Source: a virus
Lineage: Duplodnaviria > Heunggongvirae > Uroviricota > Caudoviricetes
Virus record (IMG/VR): IMGVR_UViG_3300015214_000024
Span: 201,787-265,786 of that record
DNA length: 64,000 nt
Strand: one strand, 5' to 3'
Part shown: positions 9,787-18,234 of the stretch, piece by piece
How positions within the stretch are numbered: position 1 is the first letter of the stretch
How the letters are laid out: each line of letters opens with the position of its first letter
Position numbers and translations under genes: made by a program
The notes under the pieces: generated by a model
Databases searched by the model: none
What the model was told of the DNA's origin: nothing
Seen by the model: the letters and a program-made list of their open reading frames with translations, nothing else

Positions 9787-9873
9787 ACCAAAGATGCGTA
9801 GGATGCAGATACTTCGATACTTTGTCTCGTACACAAACCAAAAAAAGACTGTATTCGCTTTTATCACTTTGGT
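9787..9873 (+). ncRNA. YrlA/Y-RNA-like repeat copy 1 (anticodon-like hairpin only)
   Basis: GCGTAG...TACTTCG...TTCG...TTTATC scaffold with closing stem. Confidence 0.7.
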
Positions 9874-9880
9874 AATTATT

Positions 9881-10024
9881 TTGATCAGTAGCGTAGGATT
9901 GGGTTACTTCGATTGCAACTCGACCGATGGGGGTTCGATTCCCTCTTCCTCCACAAACTTTATGGGGGAATAGCTTAATGGACAAAGCGGTAAAATTTCT
10001 CGATTCGCCTTTATCTCTGATCAA
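9881..10024 (+). ncRNA. YrlA/Y-RNA-like copy 2 with circularly permuted tRNA-Cys(GCA)
   Basis: order: anticodon arm, T-arm, 3' acceptor, loop, 5' acceptor, D-arm, inside the scaffold. Confidence 0.85.
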
Positions 10025-10032
10025 TCTTTTAT

Positions 10033-10135
10033 GGGGATGCTGGACGCGCCAGCCCTGGGAACCCGGGGTATCCCGCAATTTAAATTAATTTGCTTTGCGC
10101 GCGGCGAGACGGTTCAATTCCGTTTATCTCCACCA
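10033..10135 (+). ncRNA. tRNA-like RNA with Ala identity and no canonical anticodon arm
   Basis: GGGGATG/TATCTCC (G3:U70), ACCA, T-arm. Confidence 0.65.
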
Positions 10136-10147
10136 AAACAAGAAAAC

Positions 10148-10279
10148 GGCAGCGTAACTTAGTCTATACTAGTTAACATTGACTAAGCCATCGAGTGAAA
10201 GTAGTAGAGTTTGGTGTAGGCATACACTTAAAACTGATTTAGTCTCTACATTAATATTGAAGCGGTGATGCTGCCACCA
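10148..10279 (+). ncRNA. closed-stem RNA ending in ACCA
   Basis: GGCAGCGT/ATGCTGCC then ACCA; internal CTTAGTC/GACTAAG and GTAGAG/CTCTAC stems. Confidence 0.55.
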
Positions 10280-10284
10280 ATAAT

Positions 10285-10371
10285 GCCGAGAAAGCTGTGC
10301 GCGGTGCCAGCAGAATCCATAACAGACGATGGGGTGATCCTTAGTAGGCGGTTCGACTCCGCATCTCGGCA
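10285..10371 (+). ncRNA. atypical tRNA-like RNA, anticodon unassignable
   Basis: GCCGAGA/TCTCGGC acceptor, T-loop TTCGACT, 8-nt loop AACAGACG. Confidence 0.6.
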
Positions 10372-10383
10372 CAAATATAATAT

Positions 10384-10455
10384 ACCCCTGCCCACTGGAT
10401 GGGACCTGACGCTACGAACGTCGGTGAGCTGGTTCGAGTCCGGCCAGGGGTGCCA
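10384..10455 (+). tRNA. tRNA-Arg(ACG), shortened D region
   Basis: loop CTACGAA, GCCA. Confidence 0.85.
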
Positions 10456-10466
10456 GAATAATTTGA

Positions 10467-10544
10467 GTCTATATTCTCCCCGGGAAGTCCGTTTAAAACC
10501 CACAAGTCCGGCTAAGACAGGTGCTGGAGGTTCGGAATATAGAC
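10467..10544 (+). ncRNA. small closed-stem RNA candidate
   Basis: GTCTATATTC/GAATATAGAC 10-bp stem between two tRNAs. Confidence 0.45.
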
Positions 10545-10552
10545 CAAACAAT

Positions 10553-10628
10553 GCCCTATTGGTGAAACTGGATATCACAGGACTTTGCGAAGGTCCAGTC
10601 TCAGGTTCGAGTCCTGAGTAGGGCGCCA
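10553..10628 (+). tRNA. tRNA-Arg(GCG)
   Basis: GGACT-TTGCGAA-GGTCC, GCCA. Confidence 0.85.
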
Positions 10629-10639
10629 TTTTAAATTAT

Positions 10640-10727
10640 GGACACGTTGAGCAGTAGGTTGGCTCACCTGACTCTTAATCAGACGCGCGAAAGCGCCTTG
10701 TGGGTTCGAACCCCACCGTGTCCTCCA
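10640..10727 (+). tRNA. tRNA with CTT (Lys) anticodon and long variable arm
   Basis: loop CTCTTAA; GCGC-GAAA-GCGC variable arm; TCCA end. Confidence 0.8.
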
Positions 10728-10977
10728 GTTTGCTTAGGCCTGACTGTAAAGAAGGCCGCCGCGTGGTTAACAAGAAAACGAATTTAAATTCGTCGAAAGT
10801 TGAAAAAGTTGCTAACAGATTTGCGGAGCAACTGAGCACCTGACTTTTAGGTACTCCCCTTTTATTTTGTTTTTCACCATTATAAAAGGCACAATTGGCA
10901 TACCAGGTAGGTTATTAATAACTCCAAAAGTGTCACCGGGTTACTATCTTCCCGGAAATTTAGGAGATAGATAGTTT

Positions 10978-11050
10978 GGGGCCTTAGCTCAGCTGGGAGA
11001 GCGCTTCGATGGCATTGAAGAGGTCAAGGGTTCGATCCCCTTAGGCTCCA
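10978..11050 (+). tRNA. tRNA-Ala(GGC)
   Basis: loop ATGGCAT, G3:U70. Confidence 0.92.
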
Positions 11051-11059
11051 CAAAAATTT

Positions 11060-11142
11060 CGGTATGCGATGGCTGATTGGAGAAGCCTATGACCTGCGCG
11101 GTTATGATAGTGCGCACCTTGGGTTCGATTCCCACATACCGT
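11060..11142 (+). tRNA. atypical tRNA, possible second GCG anticodon
   Basis: CGGTATG/CATACCG acceptor, ATGAC-CTGCGCG-GTTAT, T-arm. Confidence 0.5.
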
Positions 11143-11152
11143 CCTAATTTGT

Positions 11153-11226
11153 TGCCCATTCCTCTAATGGTAAGAGAACTGGCTTTGAACCAGACAATTG
11201 AGGTTCGATCCCTCGATGGGCATCCA
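11153..11226 (+). tRNA. tRNA-Gln(TTG)
   Basis: loop CTTTGAA, CCA. Confidence 0.9.
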
Positions 11227-11311
11227 AATCTTTGAGTAAGTCAAGCACGTGGTAAAGGATGGCGGTGAGCTGATGTGTAGCGTTGCCATCTACTTAACAA
11301 ACAACTTTTAT

Positions 11312-11383
11312 GCTAGTGTAGTTCAGTGGTAGAACGCTGCTCTCATAAGGCGGATGTCGCAAGTTCAATTCTTGCCACTAGCA
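11312..11383 (+). tRNA. tRNA-Met/Ile2(CAT)
   Basis: loop CTCATAA. Confidence 0.88.
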
Positions 11384-11468
11384 CAACAATATATTGAGCG
11401 GTCTAGAACTACGTAAAAGGGGTGGCATAGCTGAGTTCAGCGGCGCCCTTACCGCCAATTAAAAATAT

Positions 11469-11541
<73 letters not shown>

Positions 11542-11543
11542 CA

Positions 11544-11676
11544 TAATCCAGTAGCGTAGGATACAGATACTTCGGTAAAACTTTTGTCTCAGAAACAAAA
11601 CTAGTTGGTTCAAATCCAACAAATATTCCCCGAAAAGGAATATATGTTCTCTGTGTTCGGTCTTATCTCTGGATTA
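11544..11676 (+). ncRNA. YrlA/Y-RNA-like copy 3 (anticodon-like hairpin, T-arm, extra hairpin)
   Basis: same scaffold; TTTTGT-CTCAGAA-ACAAAA, GTTGG-TTCAAAT-CCAAC. Confidence 0.75.
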
Positions 11677-11681
11677 CTTAT

Positions 11682-11754
11682 GGGGCCATAGCTCAGTTGG
11701 GAGAGCGACACACTTGCAATGTGTAGGTCGGGGGTTCGACTCCCCCTGGCTCCA
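11682..11754 (+). tRNA. tRNA-Ala(TGC)
   Basis: loop CTTGCAA. Confidence 0.93.
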
Positions 11755-11755
11755 C

Positions 11756-11897
11756 AAAAACCAGCAGCGTAGAAATGAGTTACTTCGACTGTTAATCGAC
11801 TGGTTGTGGGTTCGAATCCCACTCTCTCCTCCACTATGGAGAGATAGCTCAATGGTAGAGCGGTAAATTTCTTGTTTCGATTTTTTCTCTGGTTTTT
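11756..11897 (+). ncRNA. YrlA/Y-RNA-like copy 4 with circularly permuted tRNA-Asn(GTT)
   Basis: TCGA-CTGTTAA-TCGA, T-arm, TCTCTCC-TCCA, loop, GGAGAGA-TAGCTCAATGGTAGAGC. Confidence 0.88.
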
Positions 11898-11945
11898 CTT
11901 ATACTTAAATTCAATTCCATAAATAAAGATAAAAGGATATCTATT

Positions 11946-12299
11946 ATGCGCTGGAATGAAATTAACGAAGATTCGCCAAGACCGTTTGACAAACCAGCTA
12001 ACTATGCTGCGCCGAAGAGTGATGATGTAAATAAAACAGAAAACGACGAAGCTGGAATAATTTTTGGACATCAAGTGCCTAATTGGGCTATTGATGATGA
12101 TAAAGTTGCAGTTTTTGGGTCTAATTCAAATTTTATGCAAGCTCAAGTTTTTAAATCAAAGTCCGGAAAGTTTTTCGTAGATTTTGGTAAAGAAAGAACT
12201 CAGGAATTTAATTATGCTGGCCAGGTTGAAAATGCTCTAAGAAAGCTGCGAATAACCTCATTCGAGCGTATTGATTATTATAGACCATCGTCCTACTAA
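11946..12299 (+). CDS. hypothetical late protein with internal-protein-like N-terminus
   Basis: MRWNEINE; ATAAATA upstream. Confidence 0.6.
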   Translation: MRWNEINEDSPRPFDKPANYAAPKSDDVNKTENDEAGIIFGHQVPNWAIDDDKVAVFGSNSNFMQAQVFKSKSGKFFVDFGKERTQEFNYAGQVENALRKLRITSFERIDYYRPSSY

Positions 12300-12314
12300 G
12301 AGTGAAATGGAACG

Positions 12315-12992
12315 ATGAGATTCAATGAATTCATAATTGAAAGCAAACAAATAGCATTAGCTAAAAAAGCATTCCAGCAACTTTCTCCCGAAGCTAAGAA
12401 AGCAATCGAGGACTGGGAGTCAGTTAATTGGATTGGTGGCAAGCTTGAGCAGCATTTTAAAGCTAATGATGAAATCGCTCAAGAAATAGAACGAGCTTTT
12501 AAGCCAGTTAGAGATTCAATTCCAGGTCAAACTTTGAAATTATATCGTGGTATAATTTATGATGATAATTTTAAAACCTGGGAAAACAAATATTTGGAAT
12601 CTTGGTCAAGCGATCGACGAGTTGCTGAACATTTTGCTGGACTCCGTAGTAGGCAGAACGGCCCTTCATCACTACATAAGGTCATATCTGAACCAGAAGT
12701 TGACACTCTTGTTAAGAAATATGAAAAAACTGGTTTTTTGAAATATGCTGGCAAATATTATGTACGCAACAAAGACTTACCTCAATATTACAACATTTAT
12801 GACAAGAACAAGCAATTTGTCACAGATGGCGATAATTTGAAAGCTGATCTTATGAGTGACCAAGAATGGGCTAAAAAATCAAACGATTCAAAACTTGCCA
12901 AAGGCGAAGTTATTGAAAAAGAAATTGATAAAAATAAAATAGTTTGGTTAACTAATAATTTGAATTCAAAAGAATACCTTGTTAGAAAGTAA
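12315..12992 (+). CDS. putative ADP-ribosyltransferase, internal-protein-like N-terminus
   Basis: MRFNEFIIE; LYRG, SWS, terminal KEYLV fit the R-S-E ART pattern. Confidence 0.55.
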   Translation: MRFNEFIIESKQIALAKKAFQQLSPEAKKAIEDWESVNWIGGKLEQHFKANDEIAQEIERAFKPVRDSIPGQTLKLYRGIIYDDNFKTWENKYLESWSSDRRVAEHFAGLRSRQNGPSSLHKVISEPEVDTLVKKYEKTGFLKYAGKYYVRNKDLPQYYNIYDKNKQFVTDGDNLKADLMSDQEWAKKSNDSKLAKGEVIEKEIDKNKIVWLTNNLNSKEYLVRK

Positions 12993-12993
12993 T

Positions 12994-13125
12994 TTACAAG
13001 ATTCCAGTGACAAATTGAACAAGTGGAATCCACCAAGTAATTGCCGTGAACGGTGGTGGACACTTTAGTAAATTGGGTCTCACGACGCGGCAACGTCCCA
13101 GGTTCAAGTCCTGGCTGGTAAGCCA
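12994..13125 (+). ncRNA. expanded tRNA-like RNA with possible pseudoknot
   Basis: TTACAAG/CTGGTAA acceptor, GCCA, T-arm CCAGG-TTCAAGT-CCTGG, CCACCA/TGGTGG. Confidence 0.6.
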
Positions 13126-13153
13126 TAAAACTTAGCAATCATCAATATCACAT

Positions 13154-13225
13154 ACCGAAGTAGCTCAATGGTAGAGCGCCGGCTTCCAATCCCGGGCGTT
13201 GTGGGTTCGATTCCTACCTTCGGTG
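13154..13225 (+). tRNA. tRNA-Trp(CCA), mismatch at loop-closing pair
   Basis: loop TTCCAAT, A1-U72, G73. Confidence 0.7.
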
Positions 13226-13240
13226 CAATAAATATATTTT

Positions 13241-13879
13241 ATGAAATATATTATCTATAAAATCACAAATAATTTGGATGGAAAAATTTACATCGGTAAA
13301 CATCAAACAATGAATATTGATGACGGCTATATGGGCTCTGGTAAATTAATCAGACGAGCGATCCAAAAGTATGGTGTTGAAAATTTCACTAAGGAAATTT
13401 TGTTTGTTTTGGATTCTGAAGAAGAGATGAATTTAAAAGAAGCAGAAATTGTCACGGAAGAATTTATAAGCAAAAATAATACTTATAATTTGTGTTCCGG
13501 AGGCAAAGGCGGCTTCTCATATATCAATAGAAATGGGCTTGGAGTTTCAGAAAATCAAAAAGAAGCTTCACGTAAATTTGCCTATAGAAATCTTGAAAAA
13601 ATTAATGCTCCGGAAAATATAGATTTGAAGCGGGCGGCGATGGCTAAAGTTAATCAAATTAGAATTGATCGAGGCATAAAACCATTTCTTGGCAAGAAAC
13701 ACTCAGAAGAAACTATTGCCAAAATGAAAGAATCCAGCAAGGGCAAAAGCACTGGTAGCAAAAATTCGCAATTTGGAACAATGTGGATTACTGATGGATC
13801 AGTGAACAAAAAAATAGATAGGGATTCTATAATCCCAACTGGATGGAAGCCGGGAAGATTGATGAAAAATATACCCTAA
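13241..13879 (+). CDS. GIY-YIG (Seg-like) homing endonuclease with NUMOD3
   Basis: IIYKITN...IYIGKH, YMGSG, HSEETIAKM. Confidence 0.92.
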   Translation: MKYIIYKITNNLDGKIYIGKHQTMNIDDGYMGSGKLIRRAIQKYGVENFTKEILFVLDSEEEMNLKEAEIVTEEFISKNNTYNLCSGGKGGFSYINRNGLGVSENQKEASRKFAYRNLEKINAPENIDLKRAAMAKVNQIRIDRGIKPFLGKKHSEETIAKMKESSKGKSTGSKNSQFGTMWITDGSVNKKIDRDSIIPTGWKPGRLMKNIP

Positions 13880-13944
13880 GTGTTACGGTAGCACGACGAG
13901 TTCCAACCTCGTTAGCGTGGGTTCGACTCCTACAGGGTATGCCA
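13871..13944 (+). tRNA. tRNA-Trp(CCA)
   Basis: ACGAG-TTCCAAC-CTCGT, GCCA. Confidence 0.88.
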
Positions 13945-14016
13945 AATTTAAGGCTTGACTTTGGCCAACCATTAGTGTAAATCAAAAACCTACAACAAAA
14001 TAGTTTGGAGGTTTAA

Positions 14017-14523
14017 ATGAGCACTGCTCTTGCATTTATTACTGGTTTGGCAACTGCCTACCTTTTTACCTGGCCAGCGTTGGCCATTCTTTTCGTCATT
14101 GGTTTGATTTTTGAACACAATCACCGCAGTGGTTGGGCGATTTTCTTTGGTCTTGTGGCAATGTTTGCTGGATATTTTTATTTCGGCCTCACCTTGTCGA
14201 CGGTACTACTTTATGGTGCTGGCTATTTGGGTATTGGTTTAGTTTGGAGTTTCTGGCGTTACGGGCGTTATGTTCGTTCAGAAGTTGCTCGAATTAAGGC
14301 TGATACTTATATTAAGGAAAGCGAATATGCTAGTTATGCTAAGGGCTTGTCCCCAGCTAAGCATATCGGTAAGATCACATCGTGGATTATCATTTGGCCA
14401 CTAAGTGTTGCAAATATGCTTGTTGGTGACATTGTGGACTTTGTCCAGTATGGTGTGACTAAGCTTTTCAAGATGGTTTATGTCAAGATCTATACCAGTT
14501 TGGTTGCTGATCTTATTAAGTGA
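14017..14523 (+). CDS. multi-pass membrane protein
   Basis: several hydrophobic segments, GGAGG RBS. Confidence 0.75.
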   Translation: MSTALAFITGLATAYLFTWPALAILFVIGLIFEHNHRSGWAIFFGLVAMFAGYFYFGLTLSTVLLYGAGYLGIGLVWSFWRYGRYVRSEVARIKADTYIKESEYASYAKGLSPAKHIGKITSWIIIWPLSVANMLVGDIVDFVQYGVTKLFKMVYVKIYTSLVADLIK

Positions 14524-14553
14524 TACGTGATGGGGCTTAGGCCCCATCAAAAT

Positions 14554-14630
14554 GGTTCGTTAGTCGAGTTGGTTAAGACGCTTGCCTGTCACGCAAGAGA
14601 TCACGGGTTCAAGTCCCGTACGGATCGCCA
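14554..14630 (+). tRNA. tRNA-Asp(GTC)
   Basis: loop CTGTCAC, GCCA. Confidence 0.95.
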
Positions 14631-15110
14631 TTAAATTGTCCCCGTATGACGCAGAATATGTTTGAAAGGGAGAATGAGATGATTGAAGAAATTCAAAAGC
14701 TTAAAAATACTAAGGCAGGTTGCCTTGACCCAATGCAGAATTTGATCGCTTGTGAAGTATTTGAACATTCAACCCTTATGGGAGTAGAAGAACTTTACCA
14801 ACAGATGTATCAAGAATATTGGGATGACGCAAATCAATGCGTTGAGGATGAATATGAGGAAGCTATGAAAAATGGTGAAACTTATTACCATCCAGAGTGG
14901 CATAGGTTTGAAATTGGTGAGGTAACTCGCCAAGACGCTATGAAATCTGCGTACCAACAAGGATGGATTAGGTTAATCTATAATCCACTTGAGCAGAAGC
15001 TGTATGCTGAAAGTGTTCAGAAAATTTTAAATTCTCGAAAGGGATATTTAGAATTTATTGCTGAATGTCTGGACAAAGATTGCACTTTGCAACTGTCCGC
15101 TCAAAAATAA

Positions 15111-15266
15111 TTTACCTATAGGGCTGATGAAACTGTATGAAAAATAACAGCATTATCCCTCTTAGTAGTCGCACGGTGCATTACCGCTCCGCCTGCTTGG
15201 GTGTAACCAAGGCAGGAATTATATTCCCCGGCGTGTATGTGATGGTCTCCGCTTCTAGTAGGTAAA
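15111..15266 (+). ncRNA. closed-stem RNA candidate
   Basis: TTTACCTAT/GTAGGTAAA closure, internal CCTGCTTGG/CCAAGGCAGG hairpin. Confidence 0.5.
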
Positions 15267-15270
15267 CGTT

Positions 15271-15341
15271 GGGGCATCTAACGGGTTAGACTCTGCGCTT
15301 GCACCGCGGAAGAAGGGGTTCGACTCCCCTATGCTCCACCA
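15271..15341 (+). tRNA. tRNA-Ala(TGC), shortened D region
   Basis: loop CTTGCAC, G3:U70, CCA. Confidence 0.82.
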
Positions 15342-15896
15342 TTATGAAAGGATCGTTATGAACATTTATAAAATGTTGGATGAGTTCCCGTATGGGATTG
15401 TGGTCCTTGAGGGGGATTATGTTAAGCATATTTGTCTTTATCCTTCAATGCCCACACAAGCTGATGCTGAAGGATTGTACGATGAACTTCAAAAAGATCC
15501 GGAGCACGGAATGATTGGTGAAGATTTATCCAAGATGAATTTTTGTCCAGCCTCTGGCGAATTATTAAAAGAAGCTATAAGGGCATTTTCAAGTGAAAGC
15601 TATGAATAATAAGGATTTTGTAGAATATACCACTGATCCAGATTTATGGCCAGATCTTGTTGAGATCAGTGATATTTTAGTACGCTTCCCATTTTATATG
15701 AAATGTGATCAGTTCTCAGATGCGGTGTTATTGGCTGAACAATTTGACCGATATTTTGAAGACCAAGATTTGTTTATGGTGTGCAGACAATATGATAATT
15801 TTGTTTTCTTTGAGTCAGAAGAAGCAAGGGCTATTGCGGCAATAATTAAATAAAAGTAGTTGACAGACTATAAATAACATAGTAGATTATACAAAT

Positions 15897-15971
15897 AACC
15901 AGCAGCGTAAAATACGGTTACTTCGTTTATTTGGAAAACACACCGTACTGTATTTGACTTTATCTCTGGTT
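15897..15971 (+). ncRNA. YrlA/Y-RNA-like copy 5 (minimal scaffold)
   Basis: CCAGCAGCGTAA...TTACTTCG...TTTATCTCTGG, downstream of TTGACA and TATAAATA promoters. Confidence 0.75.
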
Positions 15972-15974
15972 TAT

Positions 15975-16048
15975 GCGGGATTAGCATAGTGGTAATGCAG
16001 CAGCCTTCCAAGCTGAATAGAGGGGTTCGATTCCCCTATCCCGCTCCA
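15975..16048 (+). tRNA. tRNA-Gly(TCC)
   Basis: loop CTTCCAA, TCCA. Confidence 0.95.
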
Positions 16049-16118
16049 TTAGGACAGTGGCAAGCTGAAAAGCCTAAGTACACGGCGTCTCCTAATTACC
16101 CTTTTAAGGAACTGCATT

Positions 16119-16310
16119 ATGTTTGAGCCATATGCAATTTTAGGACTTTCATTTGAAGAAGCTACTATGCTTGCAAATGAGAATGGATATTCAATTTTAG
16201 TTGAAGTTGAAGATGGTATGTGGTGCGGAGTCGCGCTGGATTATAATTTAAAACGAATTAAAGTTGAAGTTGAAGATGCACACATTGTTAATGTGAAAGG
16301 TTTAGGTTGA
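16119..16310 (+). CDS. small protein resembling I78/potato-type protease inhibitors
   Basis: LGL...DG...LDY...RI.V.V....IV.V...G pattern. Confidence 0.4.
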   Translation: MFEPYAILGLSFEEATMLANENGYSILVEVEDGMWCGVALDYNLKRIKVEVEDAHIVNVKGLG

Positions 16311-16534
16311 TGGATTTTGTATCAGCTGGCACAATGACCCACGAACAAGAATCAAATATTGTTGAATATCAGATTGTTGATATTGATTATTGGGAGCAAG
16401 ATGCTATTTTGTTCATTGGCGGTCAGCGTTTATATTTTCAATGGGATGCAAAAAATCCACCAACATTGATAGATGCTTTGAACTATTTTAAGAATGAAAT
16501 AGATTCAAAATATGGAATAACAAAATAAATTTAT

Positions 16535-16609
16535 GCGGGTGTAGCTCAGGGGTAGAGCATTTCCTTGCCAAGGAAAATGTCGAGGGTTCGAATCCCTTCT
16601 CCCGCTCCA
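16535..16609 (+). tRNA. tRNA-Gly(GCC)
   Basis: loop TTGCCAA, TCCA. Confidence 0.95.
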
Positions 16610-16695
16610 AAAAGCCGCAAGTAGGTTAGTTGAAATAGACTAGAGTGGCATCCGTCCACACTTAAATATTTAAGTGCAAAGGGGATACCTACATT

Positions 16696-16771
16696 GCCTT
16701 TATAGCTCAGCTGGTAGAGCAACTGATTTGTAATCAGTAGGTCCGGGGTTCGAATCCTCGTGGGGGCACCA
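16696..16771 (+). tRNA. tRNA-Thr(TGT)
   Basis: loop TTTGTAA, CCA. Confidence 0.95.
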
Positions 16772-16780
16772 AAATAATAT

Positions 16781-16855
16781 GCCGGTGTAGCACAATGGTA
16801 GTGCAGCGACCTTGTAAGTCGAAGGTTGCGGGTTCGAGTCCTTTCTCCGGCACCA
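16781..16855 (+). tRNA. tRNA-Thr(TGT)
   Basis: loop CTTGTAA, CCA. Confidence 0.9.
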
Positions 16856-17260
16856 AATATAGAAAGTAATTAATATGCAATTGGGTATGATTATTAGTAT
16901 ATTATTTGCATTTGGTGCAATAATTTCTCTTTTTGCACATCATCATTACAGTAAAAAATTTAAAAAACTCCCAACAGGACCAGAGCAGGATCATTTTCGC
17001 AAACTTGCAATGATCACATTGGGAATGATCGCAGGCTTTGCGTTGGCAGTATTTGTTTCATCGTCAACTATCGATGATCGCAAACCATACCAATATCCTA
17101 TTATAGACCGAATTGATATTCAATATCAGTATGAATATATTGATGTTTGGGAAAATCCTAAGACTAAGTGTAGATATTTAATACACCATACTCGACTATC
17201 AACATCAAAACCTGAAATAAATTACCTACCCTCCGGTAAGCCAGATTGTCCAGAAAACAG

Positions 17261-17488
17261 ATGAAATACTTGACAGATGGTGCAAGACACCTTATATGTG
17301 ATCCATATTCAATAGAAAATCTGCATAAAATGGCAGATGATTTGGATATAAAACGATGTTGGTTTCACGATGGGAAATTTCCACATTATGATATACCAAA
17401 GCGTAGAATAAATGAAATTGAGGCTAAATGTGAAATAATAAAATCTGAAGATATTATTCGAATTATTAAAAAGACAATGCCACTTTAG
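17261..17488 (+). CDS. DUF4031-like protein
   Basis: HL...ENLHKMADDL.IKRCWFH...HYDI. Confidence 0.7.
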   Translation: MKYLTDGARHLICDPYSIENLHKMADDLDIKRCWFHDGKFPHYDIPKRRINEIEAKCEIIKSEDIIRIIKKTMPL

Positions 17489-17553
17489 CAATCTTGGTGA
17501 TGCGGACGGTTGAAGCCCGTCTCAGACTGGTTCGAAACCAGTAGGTGGCACCA
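17479..17553 (+). tRNA. tRNA-Phe(GAA), divergent
   Basis: GACGG-TTGAAGC-CCGTC, CCA. Confidence 0.85.
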
Positions 17554-17836
17554 AAAAAGCCTATCGAGGTTCACTCCGTGCCAGTGTAGCAAAACGGAGA
17601 GTTTGAGTTTTCGAGCTTTCTCATTCCTTAAGAAAGGATCTGTAGTGCAGCGTTATCGAGTTGAAATATGGATAAAACGCGGTGATTGTGGTAAATGGGA
17701 AACTGATTTTACTTCTGATGATTTGAATCATATTCAGCAAGTCCTTTCAGGAAGACAGAAACCACTCAAGGATCCTATTAGAATTTTAATGATTGAAGAT
17801 ATTACTAGCTTTTTTGAGTTAGTTTAAATGGGTTGG

Positions 17837-17911
17837 TGCGGGGTAGAGCAGTCAGGTCAGCTTGCGAGTCTCATAAACTCGAGGTCGTTGGTTCAAATCC
17901 AACCCCCGCAA
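17837..17911 (+). tRNA. tRNA-Met(CAT), initiator-like body
   Basis: TGCGGGG/CCCCGCA, loop CTCATAA. Confidence 0.85.
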
Positions 17912-18159
17912 CTAGAAAGGAATTGATTATGTCAAATGCCGAAGTAATATGGGAAAGCAAGTTGGATGACAAATGGGACTGTATTGTCACTCGAGTATCT
18001 GAATATCAAGGCCGTTTAATTGTTTCTGATAAAGATGAAATTATTTTAAATGAAAGTGTGCCATTAGCATATGGTGCTGCTTTCGGACCAGATATTGACG
18101 ACGTTGCCCAATGGCAAGACAAGTGCGTCGAGGTCGTGGACAAATATCAAATGAATTGA

Positions 18160-18234
18160 CGCGGGGTAGAGCAGAGGCAGCTTACTTGGCTCATAACCAA
18201 GTGGTCGGGGGTTCGAGTCCCTCTCCCGCAACCA
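18160..18234 (+). tRNA. tRNA-fMet(CAT)
   Basis: C1:A72 mismatch, loop CTCATAA, ACCA. Confidence 0.88.

Noticed and set aside
15124-15160. CTGATGA hammerhead-like core (also at 39636)
   Set aside because: No GAAA after a plausible stem II and no stem I/III arrangement; at 39636 the motif is itself paired with TTATCAG.
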